From NCBI GenBank assembly GCA_963833125.1, contig CAWHWX010000019.1, positions 1 through 64,000 of the forward strand: a stretch of 64,000 nt of DNA. Reading direction: 5' to 3'. Positions within the stretch are counted from its first letter, which is position 1; every line of letters begins with the position of its first letter. The notes below the pieces were generated by a model, which saw only the letters and a program-made list of their open reading frames with translations, ran no database searches and was not told where the DNA came from. The translations under genes and the position numbers were made by a program. This stretch comes from Candidatus Bathyarchaeota archaeon. Lineage in GTDB: Archaea; Thermoproteota; Bathyarchaeia; 40CM-2-53-6. This document shows, piece by piece, positions 10,095 to 20,064 of this stretch.

Positions 10095-11419
10095 TTACGC
10101 TTTCTTCTCAGATAGTTGGGCTTTTTCGGTAACCTGTTTAACTACACCGACGGCAACCGTGCTGCCCATGTCTCGTATCGCAAATCTTCCTAGCTGTGGA
10201 ATGTCTGAGTAGGCTTCGATGGCTAACGGGCGGAGGGGTCTGATCTTCACTAGGGCTGCATCCCCTGTCTTGAGGAAGTCCGGCTTCTCTTGAGTTACCT
10301 GGCCAGTTCGAGCATCCATCTTCGAAACGAGTTCGGTGAGGGTAGCCGAGGTCGTGGCCGTGTGTGCGTGGAGGACTGGTGTATAGCCAGCGGCTATTGC
10401 GGTTGGGTGGAAGACTACGATTATTTGCCCCAAGAATTCGGCCGCGACAGTTGGCGGGGTGTCTGTGTGCCCTGCCACATCGCCCCTATGGACGTCGGTC
10501 TTTGAGATGCCCCTTACGTTGAAGCCTATGTTGTCTCCCGGTAGGGCTTCCGGGATCTTAGTGTGGTGGGTTTCGATATCCTTGCATTCGCCTTTGGCGT
10601 TGGCAGGCATGAAGATGATGTTCTCACCCACCTTGAGAGTTCCAGTTTCTACTCGGCCGACTGGGACTGTGCCGATGCCCGTAATTGAGTAGACATCTTG
10701 GACTGGGACCGGAGGGGTTTGTCAGTTGGTTTAGGTGGTTCGGTGAAAGTGTTCAACACATCAAGTAGGGTTGGGCCCTTGTACCATGGCATCTTAGCAG
10801 AGGCTTTGATGAGATTGTCTCCTAACCAGCCCGATACCGGGACGAATTTGATCTTGGAAGTATCATATCCCACTACCTTCAGGAGCGCTTCCATTTCCTT
10901 CTGGCACTCCTTGTACCTCTCCTCCGAGTAATTGACAGTGGAGTCATCCATCTTGTTGACGGCGACAGCTATCTGTGCGACGCCTAGGGTTCTGGCCAAG
11001 TAGGCGTGTTCCCGAGTCTGTCCGCCAGGGCCGACACCAACTTCGAATTCTCCTTTCTTACCCGACACGACGAGTATGGCTGCGTCGGCTTGGCTGGTGC
11101 CTGTAATCATGTTCTTGATGAAGTCTCGGTGGCCTGGTGCATCGATGATTGTGAAGAACACCTTATCGGTTTCGAATTTCTCGAACCTTAGGTCGATCGT
11201 TACTCCACGTTCTCTTTCTTCCTTCAACGTGTCGAGAACGAATGCGTACTTGAAAGTCTCACCTTTTCCAAGCTTAGTTGACTCGTCTGCATACTTGGCG
11301 ATGGTCTTCTCGTCAACATTGCCCGTGTCGAACAGCAAGTGGCCTGTCATGGTGCTCTTTCCATGGTCGACGTGGCCTATGATGATCAGGTTAAGGTGTG
11401 GTTTCTTAGCTGAAGACAT
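10095..11419 (-). CDS. tuf: Translation elongation factor 1-alpha (1-nt frameshift near 10710)
   Basis: [30 protein letters not shown]; one G missing at KPLR(V)PVQD. Confidence 0.97.
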
Positions 11420-11895
11420 TCTTCATCTTTCCAACGATTTTGATTCGTTAGTCAACACCCAGTACCCAATATTTAAGGCTTAGAAAACCTAGAACACGAT
11501 AAAACGCTAGTATTTAGCAAAACCGAATTCTTTTGAGAAGTGGGAACTTCTTGATTATAGTTTACTTCGCAACAAATAACAATTCCCAGCCACCGGTCTT
11601 AGCCAACGTGTACTTGTAATGCCTCTTGTGCAACACGACACTTGTATCTTCTAAGAAGTTTCTTCAAGGTGATAGCACTTGGGATGCCTCCAGTCCGGTA
11701 TGATACTACAAGGGTACTGTTCTTGAACCTATCATACTGGAGACCCCAAAATTGAGGGGAGTTTTTCTTGCGTGTGGGTCCAGTGGTGCGAACTCCCGTA
11801 ACTTAAATCTCCAAAAGTCAATTTCAGCTGGAAGCTTCGACTGACACAGCGAAATTCACCAACACGTTTGTTACTGCCTATTCGGTCAACATTGC

Positions 11896-12099
11896 TTGGG
11901 TGTGATGCGATTGCCTGCGCAGCGAAATAGGAAACGCGACGGAAGAATTCCCAGAACCACTGTGAATATACCCAAATCGATGTACGAATTGATCAGAAAA
12001 GCGTTGGAAGCGAACTCCGGTGGCGGTTACGTATCCGTAGACGATTTCATCAGGGACGTGATACGCGAACGCCTCAGAAAACTCGGATACGACGTTTAG
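11896..12099 (+). CDS. Ribbon-helix-helix (CopG/Arc/MetJ) protein
   Basis: TTVNIPKSMYELI...GYVSVDDFIRDVIRE. Confidence 0.8.
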   Translation: MGVMRLPAQRNRKRDGRIPRTTVNIPKSMYELIRKALEANSGGGYVSVDDFIRDVIRERLRKLGYDV

Positions 12100-12161
12100 C
12101 ACTGAATGGTCCTCGAGGCATCCTGTGTTCTTGGAATTGCACGAGCCTTAGCATCTTTTGG

Positions 12162-12374
12162 GTGAACTACAAAATGAAGGAGAAATCAATCGGTGCCTTC
12201 GAAGCAACAAGTTACATACGAGAATTCGTGCATCAGCATAGGCACAAGCGGAAATTCGCATCGCTACTTGAACACGAACTCGCTGATATGATTAATGACA
12301 TTTCAGCGAGTGCAGCGGAGGAATTCAGGATCAGAACAATGCTCTCGGCAAAATCAGGGACAAAAGTTCGATAA
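12162..12374 (+). CDS. Hypothetical protein
   Basis: Short ORF after the RHH gene; no motif recognised. Confidence 0.35.
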   Translation: MNYKMKEKSIGAFEATSYIREFVHQHRHKRKFASLLEHELADMINDISASAAEEFRIRTMLSAKSGTKVR

Positions 12375-12522
12375 CGAAATAACCCTCTTTTCTTGGGTGG
12401 GAATGCGTCTCTTTCACGTGATCTAAAACTGGTTTGCAAAACGTTGATTGTAAGCGTGGGCCTAACGATTCAAAAAATGTACTCTGAAAGCAATCTCTAC
12501 CCTCACAATGAGGGTATTTCAC

Positions 12523-12732
12523 TCACGCCTTTTTGCTGCGATCCGCCAAAATCCACTGATTTTGTCTTCCAACCCTCTTCCCTTTGACTAGCCGTTCGGC
12601 TACGAGTTTGTAGAGTTGAAGCTGCGCTGTATTCCAAGATACTCCCAACTCTCTAGCAACCATCTCGGTAGTTACCGGCCAATCCTGTCTGGAAAGATAT
12701 TCCAACGTCTTCTTCGCTAGCTCTTTTGGCAA
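12523..12732 (-). CDS. Winged helix-turn-helix protein
   Basis: PVTTEMVARELGVSWNTAQLQLYKLV...VGRQNQW. Confidence 0.8.
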   Translation of the reverse strand: MPKELAKKTLEYLSRQDWPVTTEMVARELGVSWNTAQLQLYKLVAERLVKGKRVGRQNQWILADRSKKA

Positions 12733-12992
12733 GCTGTGACCTCTATGACATCTCCTATGACATATCCTACGGCACGGTTTAAATCTGCATTCTTGTAGAA
12801 ACTATGTTAGATCATAAGACTGAACATAGAAAGGGGCATTCGCATTCAGATAGGGAGATAGTAGCTCACACTCGTGAGTTCCCGGAAAAATTGGGGCGTA
12901 GCTGGCGTTGTCAGGGTGATGGCAACATAGCTTGACCCGCACATAGTCGCACGATTTCTCACCTTAAAGATTGGTTAGGAGCGCTGTCGGAA

Positions 12993-13361
12993 TTGCCTCG
13001 TTTCTGTTGCCTGATTCCGAAATGCGGAGTCGTGATTGAAGCGGATAATGAGAAGAACCTCCTCATCGCGGCCATGGCTCATTTCGATGCTGAACACAGC
13101 AACGGCGCTAGGTCTTCTGGTCAAGACACCGCCACGAATTTGCACCGAACGCAAAGAACAACACAAAGGTTAACGAACTTGCCCAGTCAAGGATCGCGAA
13201 GGAAAGAGAGAGTGGGTAAGGTGGCGATTCGCTTAGATTTGGAAGGCCACTTGGCACAGAAGTTCATTCTCGTGAAGAGAAAGAGAGGACTCAAGAACAA
13301 CTCAGAACTCGTAAGGGAGTTGATATCCGAGGCATATCAGACAGCTCAAGGCAATCCTTGA
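12993..13361 (+). CDS. DUF1059-like metal-binding domain followed by an RHH-like domain (possibly two genes)
   Basis: C..C-x-IEAD...AHFDAEH at the N-terminus; GKVAIRLDL...GLKNNSELVRELI at the C-terminus. Confidence 0.5.
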   Translation: MPRFCCLIPKCGVVIEADNEKNLLIAAMAHFDAEHSNGARSSGQDTATNLHRTQRTTQRLTNLPSQGSRRKERVGKVAIRLDLEGHLAQKFILVKRKRGLKNNSELVRELISEAYQTAQGNP

Positions 13362-13507
13362 AACATCGAGAATTAGACAGTCCCTTTTTGGGTGTGAAAA
13401 TTAGGGTATTTCTCGACGGCGAGAGAAAACAACAGTGGATTACGGTTGTGCGAAATGTCACGTCGAAAGTCTTAGATGGACAGAGGGTTATGTAAATAGG
13501 GTAATTC

Positions 13508-14013
13508 TTGACAATCGACATCACTGAATTACTCAGCATAGTCGGACTCTCTAGCATCGTAAGCATTCTTCTCAGCACTCTTGTAAATTGGCTTTCAGAG
13601 GAACACAAGTTCAAGCGGCTGAACAGAACATAACATACCTCAAAGAGAGGATAGACGGTTTCTATTCTCCGATGATATTCCATTTTGAGAACATGAGATC
13701 ATGGGCTGCTGCTTGGGGTCATCCTGTTGGGTACGTTTTTGCTGGAGAGACTTTGGCCGATAAACTAGAAGATATGAAAGGTCTGATGAGATCGGGTCTG
13801 CGTTTTGTCAGTCCAACCGTCGAGAGGTTGTGGTACGAGTGGCAACCTTACGCTGTCGCTGTCGTGGAAAGACGAAGGGGAAAAGATCTGTACCCGTCAT
13901 TTACTGACGACGACTTCCAGATTCGGTCAGCGAGATTACACGACGCACTCAAAGCTGATCGTGAGAAACTTACGGAAGCATACAAGAAAGTGTCGAAGAA
14001 TACCGAGTATTAG
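13508..14013 (+). CDS. Hypothetical protein with N-terminal membrane anchor (frameshift near 13620)
   Basis: TTG 13508 hydrophobic leader in one frame joins ORF 13588..14013. Confidence 0.55.
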
Positions 14014-14046
14014 CCAGCACCCTTCCTGAGCGGGAAGCGAAGGTAA

Positions 14047-14334
14047 ATGAGTTTCTGGACGTTTGGAAGCCTCCGTAATACGCTAATAGCGTCAGCCTAT
14101 CTCTTGTGGCTCATCATACCGGGAACAATCAACGTAATGTGCACCGTTCCCGGCTATTTTCCGATGCAGGGATATAATCCGCAAGCATGGGAAAGCAGAG
14201 CTTCTCCTTACTTTCCAGCTTGGTGTACCCCCTTCACCGTATCGGTAACCTCAATCAGCTTTTGTTTGTGGTTAGGCGTCACCTTCGTTCTCGCAGTGGT
14301 ACTGATCGCTACTCACATGAAGAGAAAGACTTGA
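14047..14334 (+). CDS. Small 2-TM membrane protein
   Basis: Two hydrophobic segments with a Cys pair flanking the loop. Confidence 0.55.
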   Translation: MSFWTFGSLRNTLIASAYLLWLIIPGTINVMCTVPGYFPMQGYNPQAWESRASPYFPAWCTPFTVSVTSISFCLWLGVTFVLAVVLIATHMKRKT

Positions 14335-14394
14335 AGCTCTGCCGAGCTCTACCCTGAGGAGTCAAGCATACCCTTTGTGATGAGATTCATTTCC

Positions 14395-14535
14395 TTAATT
14401 TTGCCGTTCCTCGATCACTAGACCGATTTGTGCTCTGCAGTGGGGGCATTTGACGGAACCTCGGTATGTTTTCTCAACGCTGAACTGTAATCCGCATGAC
14501 TCGCATGTGACGTAAAACGGCTGTGAGTCGCTCAA
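14395..14535 (-). CDS. 46-aa zinc-ribbon microprotein (not in the ORF track)
   Basis: Manual translation MSDSQPFYVTCESCGLQFSVEKTYRGSVKCPHCRAQIGLVIEERQN. Confidence 0.6.
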   Translation of the reverse strand: MSDSQPFYVTCESCGLQFSVEKTYRGSVKCPHCRAQIGLVIEERQN

Positions 14536-14686
14536 GCTATTCCTCACATTAGCGATTATCCCGGGTCACGTTTAACTGCTGACGATGTTTTACATACATT
14601 CACTGGCTAGCCAGGAATCAAAATCGGCTGAGAAAACAAGTGGCTTACCTTAATTCAGAATGCGAGTAGAGAGAGACGGAAGAACG

Positions 14687-15713
14687 CTAGCTAACCTGAG
14701 ATATGGCTATGCCTGAGTTCGTAATTGCCTGAACAATATCTGTTGGCACTTCGTTTTGGTTGTAGACGTAGACTGGATTCAGCAGTCCGAAGCCGCTTTC
14801 CTCGATGATTTGTTGGCCTTGAGGCGTGAAGAGAGCTTTCACGAATGCGGTTGCGATAGTTGGGTCAGGACTACTGATTGGAATAGTAACATCGTAAAGA
14901 ATGGGAGCGCCTTGAACAAGTTTCCCATTCACGGTCGCATTTACGGTGCTGTACCACTTTGCAAGCGTCAGGTTCGATAAGTCCACTTTCGAGCCTAAGT
15001 TGAGGTACTGGTAGTGGTGTGAGATTGCTTCGGATGAATAGGTCAACTCATAGTCTATAGCACCTGTTTCTAGTTGTGCATCAAGAATTGTTTCCGTAGG
15101 TACAATTACCAGTTGCTTCGCGGACGCTTTTGTCAGATATAGTTGGTCGTACAGGTAGGTTGAGTTTTGGTAGTAGGACAGTCCGGCGAGTTCAAGCATG
15201 AAAATTGCGTTTGATCCGCTTGGGTCAGTGTCCTTGTTTGAGGCTCCAATTATGACGCCTGGTCGTCGTTATGACCTGATACCAGTTGCCAGCGTTGATT
15301 TCGTTTGCGTATCGGCTGTGGTTTGTGTAGACTACGGACATGGCGTTTGAGGCAAAGATGATGTACCAAGAGGCGTGAGAAGGAACCAGTTGTTCTGGGA
15401 TGATGCGATAGTCTGCTGACGCGAATACGTTGAACGATTTGTTCAGTTGGGTGATTTCGTTGGCGGCTAGTCTGCTGCCTTCGAACGTGTAATCGTAGCT
15501 GAGGTCAGGGTATTGTTCCTTCAATATTTCCATTTCAATTCGATTGAATGGAACTTGAAGCGTGCCAGCCGCGTCAACGAGCAAGGTTCTAGAAGTAGGC
15601 TGATTGGTAACGCCAACATAGAACCCAGCAGTGTAACCGACAAACAACCCAAGAATTAGTAAGGCAATTATCAGGAGCCCACGGTATTTGGCTGAGAGTT
15701 GACTGACGTTCAT
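14687..15713 (-). CDS. wtpA: Tungstate/molybdate ABC substrate-binding protein, WtpA-like (frameshift near 15270)
   Basis: AAGTL..PF, GSRLAA, FASADY, DPSG, GAPILYDVTIP. Confidence 0.8.
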
Positions 15714-15750
15714 GTTTTCGCTTACGAAGTTTACACAGTGATAAGGCTTG

Positions 15751-15768
15751 GTAATCAGAAACGATTAC
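15751..15768. promoter_or_regulatory. Palindromic operator candidate between divergent wtpA and tfx
   Basis: GTAATC-AGAAAC-GATTAC. Confidence 0.45.
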
Positions 15769-15802
15769 ATTCTTCTCCAGAACCTGAGCTTGTGGATTTG
15801 CG

Positions 15803-16228
15803 TTGACCAGATTTAAAGCGCCAAGAACCACGCTAACCGCCAAACAGGTGGCAAGTTATTCGACTAAGAGCGATAGGACTAACACAGGCTCAGGTCGCTA
15901 AGAGACTTCAGACGAGCCGAGAGAACATAAGCATCATTGAACGCAGAGCGCATGAGAACCTGAGGTCAGCGAAGGCGGCACTGGAAGCATTCGAGCGATT
16001 ATCTGATTCTGGAACAAACGAGCTGATTGTACCGAGCGGGACGAAGCATCTTCGAAGCTACTTCTATGATTCTGCGAAGAGCAGACTCGTTAGGAATCAG
16101 GCCTAAATAGCGAGGATTCTATCTTGGCGTTCCTTCGAACCCGATGTAAAGGTAGGTTGCGCTTACACCATCTAACCTCGGTCATTCGAGTGCGGATTTC
16201 CAAAGAAGGCTCCGTAAGAATTGGCTGA
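15803..16228 (+). pseudogene. Tfx-family DNA-binding regulator, broken by several indels (not in the ORF track)
   Basis: Stitched frames read LTAKQ/WQVIRLRAIGLTQAQVAKRLQTSRENISIIERRAHENL...VPSGT/SIFEATSMILRRADSLGI...RVRISKEGSV. Confidence 0.75.
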
Positions 16229-17206
16229 CGAGCAGACGAAATGTTACAGCCCAATCAAACGACTTCAGCAGACGACAACGTTACGTTACCAGCAAAGACA
16301 TTTTTATCATGGGCTCGTTGGGGGTGGCTGAGGCATGCCTAGGCGGAACGTGGATGGAACTCAATTTGATGATGAGAATAATCGAGCTTCGAGAGGGTTC
16401 TCAAAAATATTAGCAGTTTCTTGTAAGAAATATCTTATCTCCATCCATTTCCCGTACCAATAGAAAAAGTGGCGGTCGGCTCAACGGTCGCAGTGCCCCC
16501 AAATCGACGCACCAATATTGCATTGGCGGCAGTTAGCTAAGGTATCAAACTTAACACCCAAGCGAATCCGAGGACACGGTGAACCAGAAAATGTTACCTA
16601 GTAATTCAAAGGCCTATGGATCCTCCTGGAGGCTGCTCGGGATGACGGGCAGAGGGCCTTAATCTTGGGCCCATCGGCGAAATGCCCAAAATAGGATAAG
16701 CCCAAGAAGAATCAACGCAGGCGCAAGTTCTAGCGAAAGAACAAGAGAATTACTGGGCCCAGGTGTTGGAATAGGGAGAATCGGAAATCCAGTCCCGATA
16801 AGAGAAATCGAACCTAGATACAAGTATCTCGCGTGATTCTATTTGGTAATTAACTACTTAAACTACCTACTTGAACTTCGGTTCTCAGGCTAGTCATCGG
16901 GGCAATACGGCATATCCTCTCCGACCGTTACAACGACGGTTACGGCGACAACTACAACCGGCTTCTTCACGAATAGCTCGACAAAGGCATCTACGGTTCC
17001 CGAAACGAGTTATACCGAATCTTTCCACAACCATGACAGTGCCAGCGGAATTCGGGAACAACAATAACGATGCCGAGGGAATCGAGATTGTACCTCATAT
17101 CATAGAAAGACTCCTCGGATCCTCCTCTAATCATCGCAATGAACGTGGATTCCGAATGTTAGATTGGTGACGAAGGTCTTAACGGATTCCTTGGTTGCCA
17201 GTCGGC

Positions 17207-17446
17207 TCATGTAATTACGCGAGTAAGATATGCTCCAACTATTTCCCAGGTTGCTGCAACCGCCAACAGGACCGTGACGATAATGTACAGACTCGCGGCA
17301 TCCATCCAAGCCATCTTAAACGCCGCGATTTTATTTCTAACCCGACATCTACGCGGATACGCCGTCGAGAGGCTAGTATTGATTCCAGCCGCAGCAGCAA
17401 ATACGAACGCACCCATTTCGAGGATCGCCGTACCCATCAAACCCAA
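17207..17446 (-). pseudogene. C-terminal fragment of a SpoIIM/DUF95-like membrane protein
   Basis: ILEMGAFVFAAAAG...LLAVAATWE; 5' part replaced by a transposase remnant. Confidence 0.5.
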
Positions 17447-17471
17447 GGAATCTCAAGGTCAGGCCGCGATG

Positions 17472-17812
17472 TTTCAGTTCAGCCTTTGAAAGCGCGTTTT
17501 ACCGCGAGAACAAGACTCTAGCGATTCAGCATGTTCGACATGTGAGAATGTCGGGCGATCTGAATAACAATAAGATGGAAAGAATGAACGGAGAACTAAG
17601 AGATCGTGGGGCGCGTAATGCGTACGCTTGAGAAGTCGGATACACCTATTCTTTCAGGCACGCAAATCTTCCATAATTACGTTAGACCGCACGATGCTCT
17701 AAACGGGAAAACGCCAGCCGAAGCCGCGGGGATTGAAATTCAAGGCGATAACAAATGGCTTACCTTAATTCAAAACACAAGTAACAAGAATACTGACACA
17801 AATAGCAAATAG
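17472..17812 (+). mobile_element. DDE transposase (IS6/IS1-like, rve-type) 3' remnant 1
   Basis: QHVRHVRMSGDLNNNKMERMNGELRDR/VMRTLEKSDTPIL...FHNYVRPHDALNGKTPAEAAGIEIQGDNKWLTLIQN. Confidence 0.85.
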
Positions 17813-17834
17813 TCAACTTAGCATCCGAAACCGT

Positions 17835-18287
17835 ATGAGACGCGAGACTTGGGCGGGTATCCGATCGGGCCTCATATCGGGGCTGCTCTTTCCACCACTA
17901 TGGATTCTTTTCGGAGTTGCTGATGTTGGCCCGCAAACCTTCCTTCTAACCATATCAACTATGCTTACTACTACGGGCATGGGCTCTATTCCGCTTGAAT
18001 TTCTCATTGTGGGGATGATTCTTGGTTTTGTAGCGTTCAGCCTCATTGGGGCAGGTTTAGGGGCTTGCTTTGGGGCAGTATTCGTCAAGGTTAGTAGCCG
18101 ATTGCCTTTTCGATCAACTTACTTGAAATCCTTGTTCTTTGGTCTTGTAATGTACGTTCTCTATTCCTTGCCACGGCTGATTGAATGGAGATATGTTGAT
18201 CCTGTCCTCTTCGGTGCGATTGTCGCTGACGCATTGATATTCGCTTATGCGTTCAACAGATGGGCAAACGGAGCTAAGATTTGGTAA
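17835..18287 (+). CDS. Membrane protein (cargo 1)
   Basis: 4 TM segments; the TAA stop lies inside the GGTAAC inverted repeat. Confidence 0.7.
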   Translation: MRRETWAGIRSGLISGLLFPPLWILFGVADVGPQTFLLTISTMLTTTGMGSIPLEFLIVGMILGFVAFSLIGAGLGACFGAVFVKVSSRLPFRSTYLKSLFFGLVMYVLYSLPRLIEWRYVDPVLFGAIVADALIFAYAFNRWANGAKIW

Positions 18288-18312
18288 CGGTACGTGAAAA
18301 AGGGGGAGCTTG

Positions 18313-18410
18313 ATTACACCTGCCGAAGCTGCTGGAATCAAGGTCGAGGGCGAAAATAAGTGGCTAACCCTAATACAGAATGCCAGCAAGAAACAGACGA
18401 TTCTAGTTGA
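18313..18410 (+). mobile_element. DDE transposase 3' remnant 2
   Basis: ITPAEAAGIKVEGENKWLTLIQNASKK. Confidence 0.8.
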
Positions 18411-18823
18411 CTAACCAATCGACTGGAGCTTCACTTAGTGAAACATCGATCAAGAAACGGCCACCTCTGATAACTGTTCTTGCGCTACTGTTCACCTTGG
18501 CAGGCATAGTTCTCATAACGGGTGGAACGATCATTCTTGTATCGGAATTTTTCAGGCCTGACCTTACCGCTGCGCCGTTTTCTTCGTTAATCCTATCTCC
18601 GCTCAGCGTGATTGAATTTGGTTATCCACTGGGAATCGTGGCGACGGCGTTAGGCTATGGGCTGCGACATTTGAAACGATGGAGCATTCCTCTCTTTGCT
18701 ATAGTAATTGTAATGCGGATCGTTATAGGTACGTCTTTGCACGGTTCCTTGTCTCTTCTCGACATCTTATGGTTCCTAATGCTAATGTACTTGCTAAAGC
18801 AGCGTGAGCTATTTCGAAGCTAA
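18407..18823 (+). CDS. Membrane protein (cargo 2)
   Basis: KRPPLITVLA...LGYGLRHLKRWS, 4 TM segments. Confidence 0.75.
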   Translation: MTNQSTGASLSETSIKKRPPLITVLALLFTLAGIVLITGGTIILVSEFFRPDLTAAPFSSLILSPLSVIEFGYPLGIVATALGYGLRHLKRWSIPLFAIVIVMRIVIGTSLHGSLSLLDILWFLMLMYLLKQRELFRS

Positions 18824-18907
18824 ATCGCAAAACACTTCCCTAGAGAAAGCGGTGGCATCGACCGAACGGTAACAGCCTAAGCTATCAACCGAAGACGTAC
18901 CGTTACC

Positions 18908-19085
18908 TCGAGGGATAAAGAAATCCGATAGTCCTCTCCTGACGGGTTATCAGATTTACCATAATTACGTGAGGCCTCACATGGCATTTGACGGGCAAAC
19001 ACCGAGCGAGAAGGCGGGAATATCAGTGAAAGGCAAGGACAAATGGATGACTCTGATACAGAATGCGAGCAAAAAGAAACTCTAA
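18908..19085 (+). mobile_element. DDE transposase 3' remnant 3
   Basis: RGIKKSDSPLLTGYQIYHNYVRPHMAFDGQTPSEKAGISVKGKDKWMTLIQNASKKKL*. Confidence 0.85.
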
Positions 19086-19534
19086 ACAAAAGTCTCAGAT
19101 AACGTGCCGACTATACCCTTCTTGCTTTCAATCTTTCCAATTTCTTGGCGATATGTTTCAAATTCAAAAGAGAAAGTTGAGCCCACTGCGACGGCTTCAG
19201 CGTGCATGATCGACAGTTGGCGATACTCCGTTTCCTGAGGCGTTAATGCGAAAGGCATCGGTTCCGCTCCCGGAAATGTTGAATGCATAGGGTACAGCTT
19301 ATCAGAGATTTTGAGAAAGACATTCGTTATCACAGTAGTTCTGTGTCCTTCGTTTGTGAATGCGAATCGTCCACTTGTACTTGTTTTGCTCTCTATGATT
19401 GTGTGTTGGATATCCCATACGAATGCGTGAACCTTTGCGCCTTTGATATGTTCGAAATAGAAGTTAATGATGGATAGAATGAGGGCGGCAACTGCAACGA
19501 AACCCAGAACAAAATCAGTTGTGATTTCGGCCAA
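19082..19534 (-). CDS. Membrane-anchored beta-rich hypothetical protein (cargo 3)
   Basis: N-terminal TM followed by FTNEGHRTTVITNV. Confidence 0.7.
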   Translation of the reverse strand: MAEITTDFVLGFVAVAALILSIINFYFEHIKGAKVHAFVWDIQHTIIESKTSTSGRFAFTNEGHRTTVITNVFLKISDKLYPMHSTFPGAEPMPFALTPQETEYRQLSIMHAEAVAVGSTFSFEFETYRQEIGKIESKKGIVGTLSETFV

Positions 19535-19584
19535 ATTCTACCCCAATAACGAGAACTATGGCATATCCCGCTAGTTAACAGCTT

Positions 19585-19794
19585 TCAGGGTATAACCGAT
19601 CCTTTTCGCCTGTGTCCGTAGCGAACATTACTTTTTGCGCAGAATAGGCAGGTTTCTAGCACTTCTTCCGAACCACCGAAAGGTATGATCTTAAGCTCGT
19701 CGTATACGCCGTGATACTTGTTGAACCCGAAAACCATCTGCTTACAGTTAGAACAGGTATCGTTCCAACCAATGACAGCATCTATGTCTGCCAA
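19585..19794 (-). CDS. Small CxxC-CxxC protein
   Basis: CSNC...CLFC. Confidence 0.5.
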   Translation of the reverse strand: MADIDAVIGWNDTCSNCKQMVFGFNKYHGVYDELKIIPFGGSEEVLETCLFCAKSNVRYGHRRKGSVIP

Positions 19795-20064
19795 AACAAC
19801 CTATGCGAATTTTCTCTCAGAAACCGTATAACGGTTGCCATTGGCTTATCACCCATTGGTTAGCAGCTCAGACGGGCTACGGCCGTCACCCGAAGTCTTA
19901 ACAGAGCCAAGTCCCGACGGTAACAGCCGAAAAAGAGTCCCGATAAGGTACCAGAACCGAACCATCTAATTACCTGCCAAACGTTCCCTTCAAAAGGCTT
20001 AGAACGGATTGAAGAACAAAAAACCGTCGAAAAGTTGGTCAAAGAAATTTGCGGTGAGTCGCGT

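Larger units (their letters stand above)
18283..18907. mobile_element. Segment bounded by perfect 13-bp inverted repeats (candidate non-autonomous cargo cassette)
   Basis: GGTAACGGTACGT (18283-18295) and ACGTACCGTTACC (18895-18907); no TSD seen. Confidence 0.55.
11480..20040. mobile_element. Accessory island between rps7 and tuf (boundaries approximate)
   Basis: Small RHH/HTH genes, orphan ORFs, pseudogenes, transposase remnants and IS-like ends between two normally linked translation genes. Confidence 0.65.

Noticed and set aside
10095-11419. Frameshifts in tuf, dnaG, htpX, speB, pfkA, amidase and others as programmed frameshifting, mRNA introns or mass pseudogenisation
   Set aside because: Those I inspected are single-base indels, often in short homopolymers, and they hit essential genes. 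No inserted sequence or BHB was seen, so consensus error is the simplest explanation.
11821-11834. ORB-like motif (TTCCAGCTGAAAT on the minus strand) as a replication origin
   Set aside because: It is a single copy with no G-string and no cdc6/orc1 nearby.
13371-13384. IS6-like end TTAGACAGTCCC after the RHH gene
   Set aside because: No matching partner end was found in the window, and the match is too short to call.
16650-17170. Small membrane ORF (minus strand, about 16659-16820) and Thr-rich fragment (plus strand)
   Set aside because: They are degraded and lack clear starts or recognisable families, so they are left as island debris.
17800-19930. Classical integron/attC array or CRISPR array
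   Set aside because: There is no tyrosine integrase, no RYYYAAC...GTTRRRY hairpins and no regularly spaced identical repeats; the repeated unit is transposase coding sequence.
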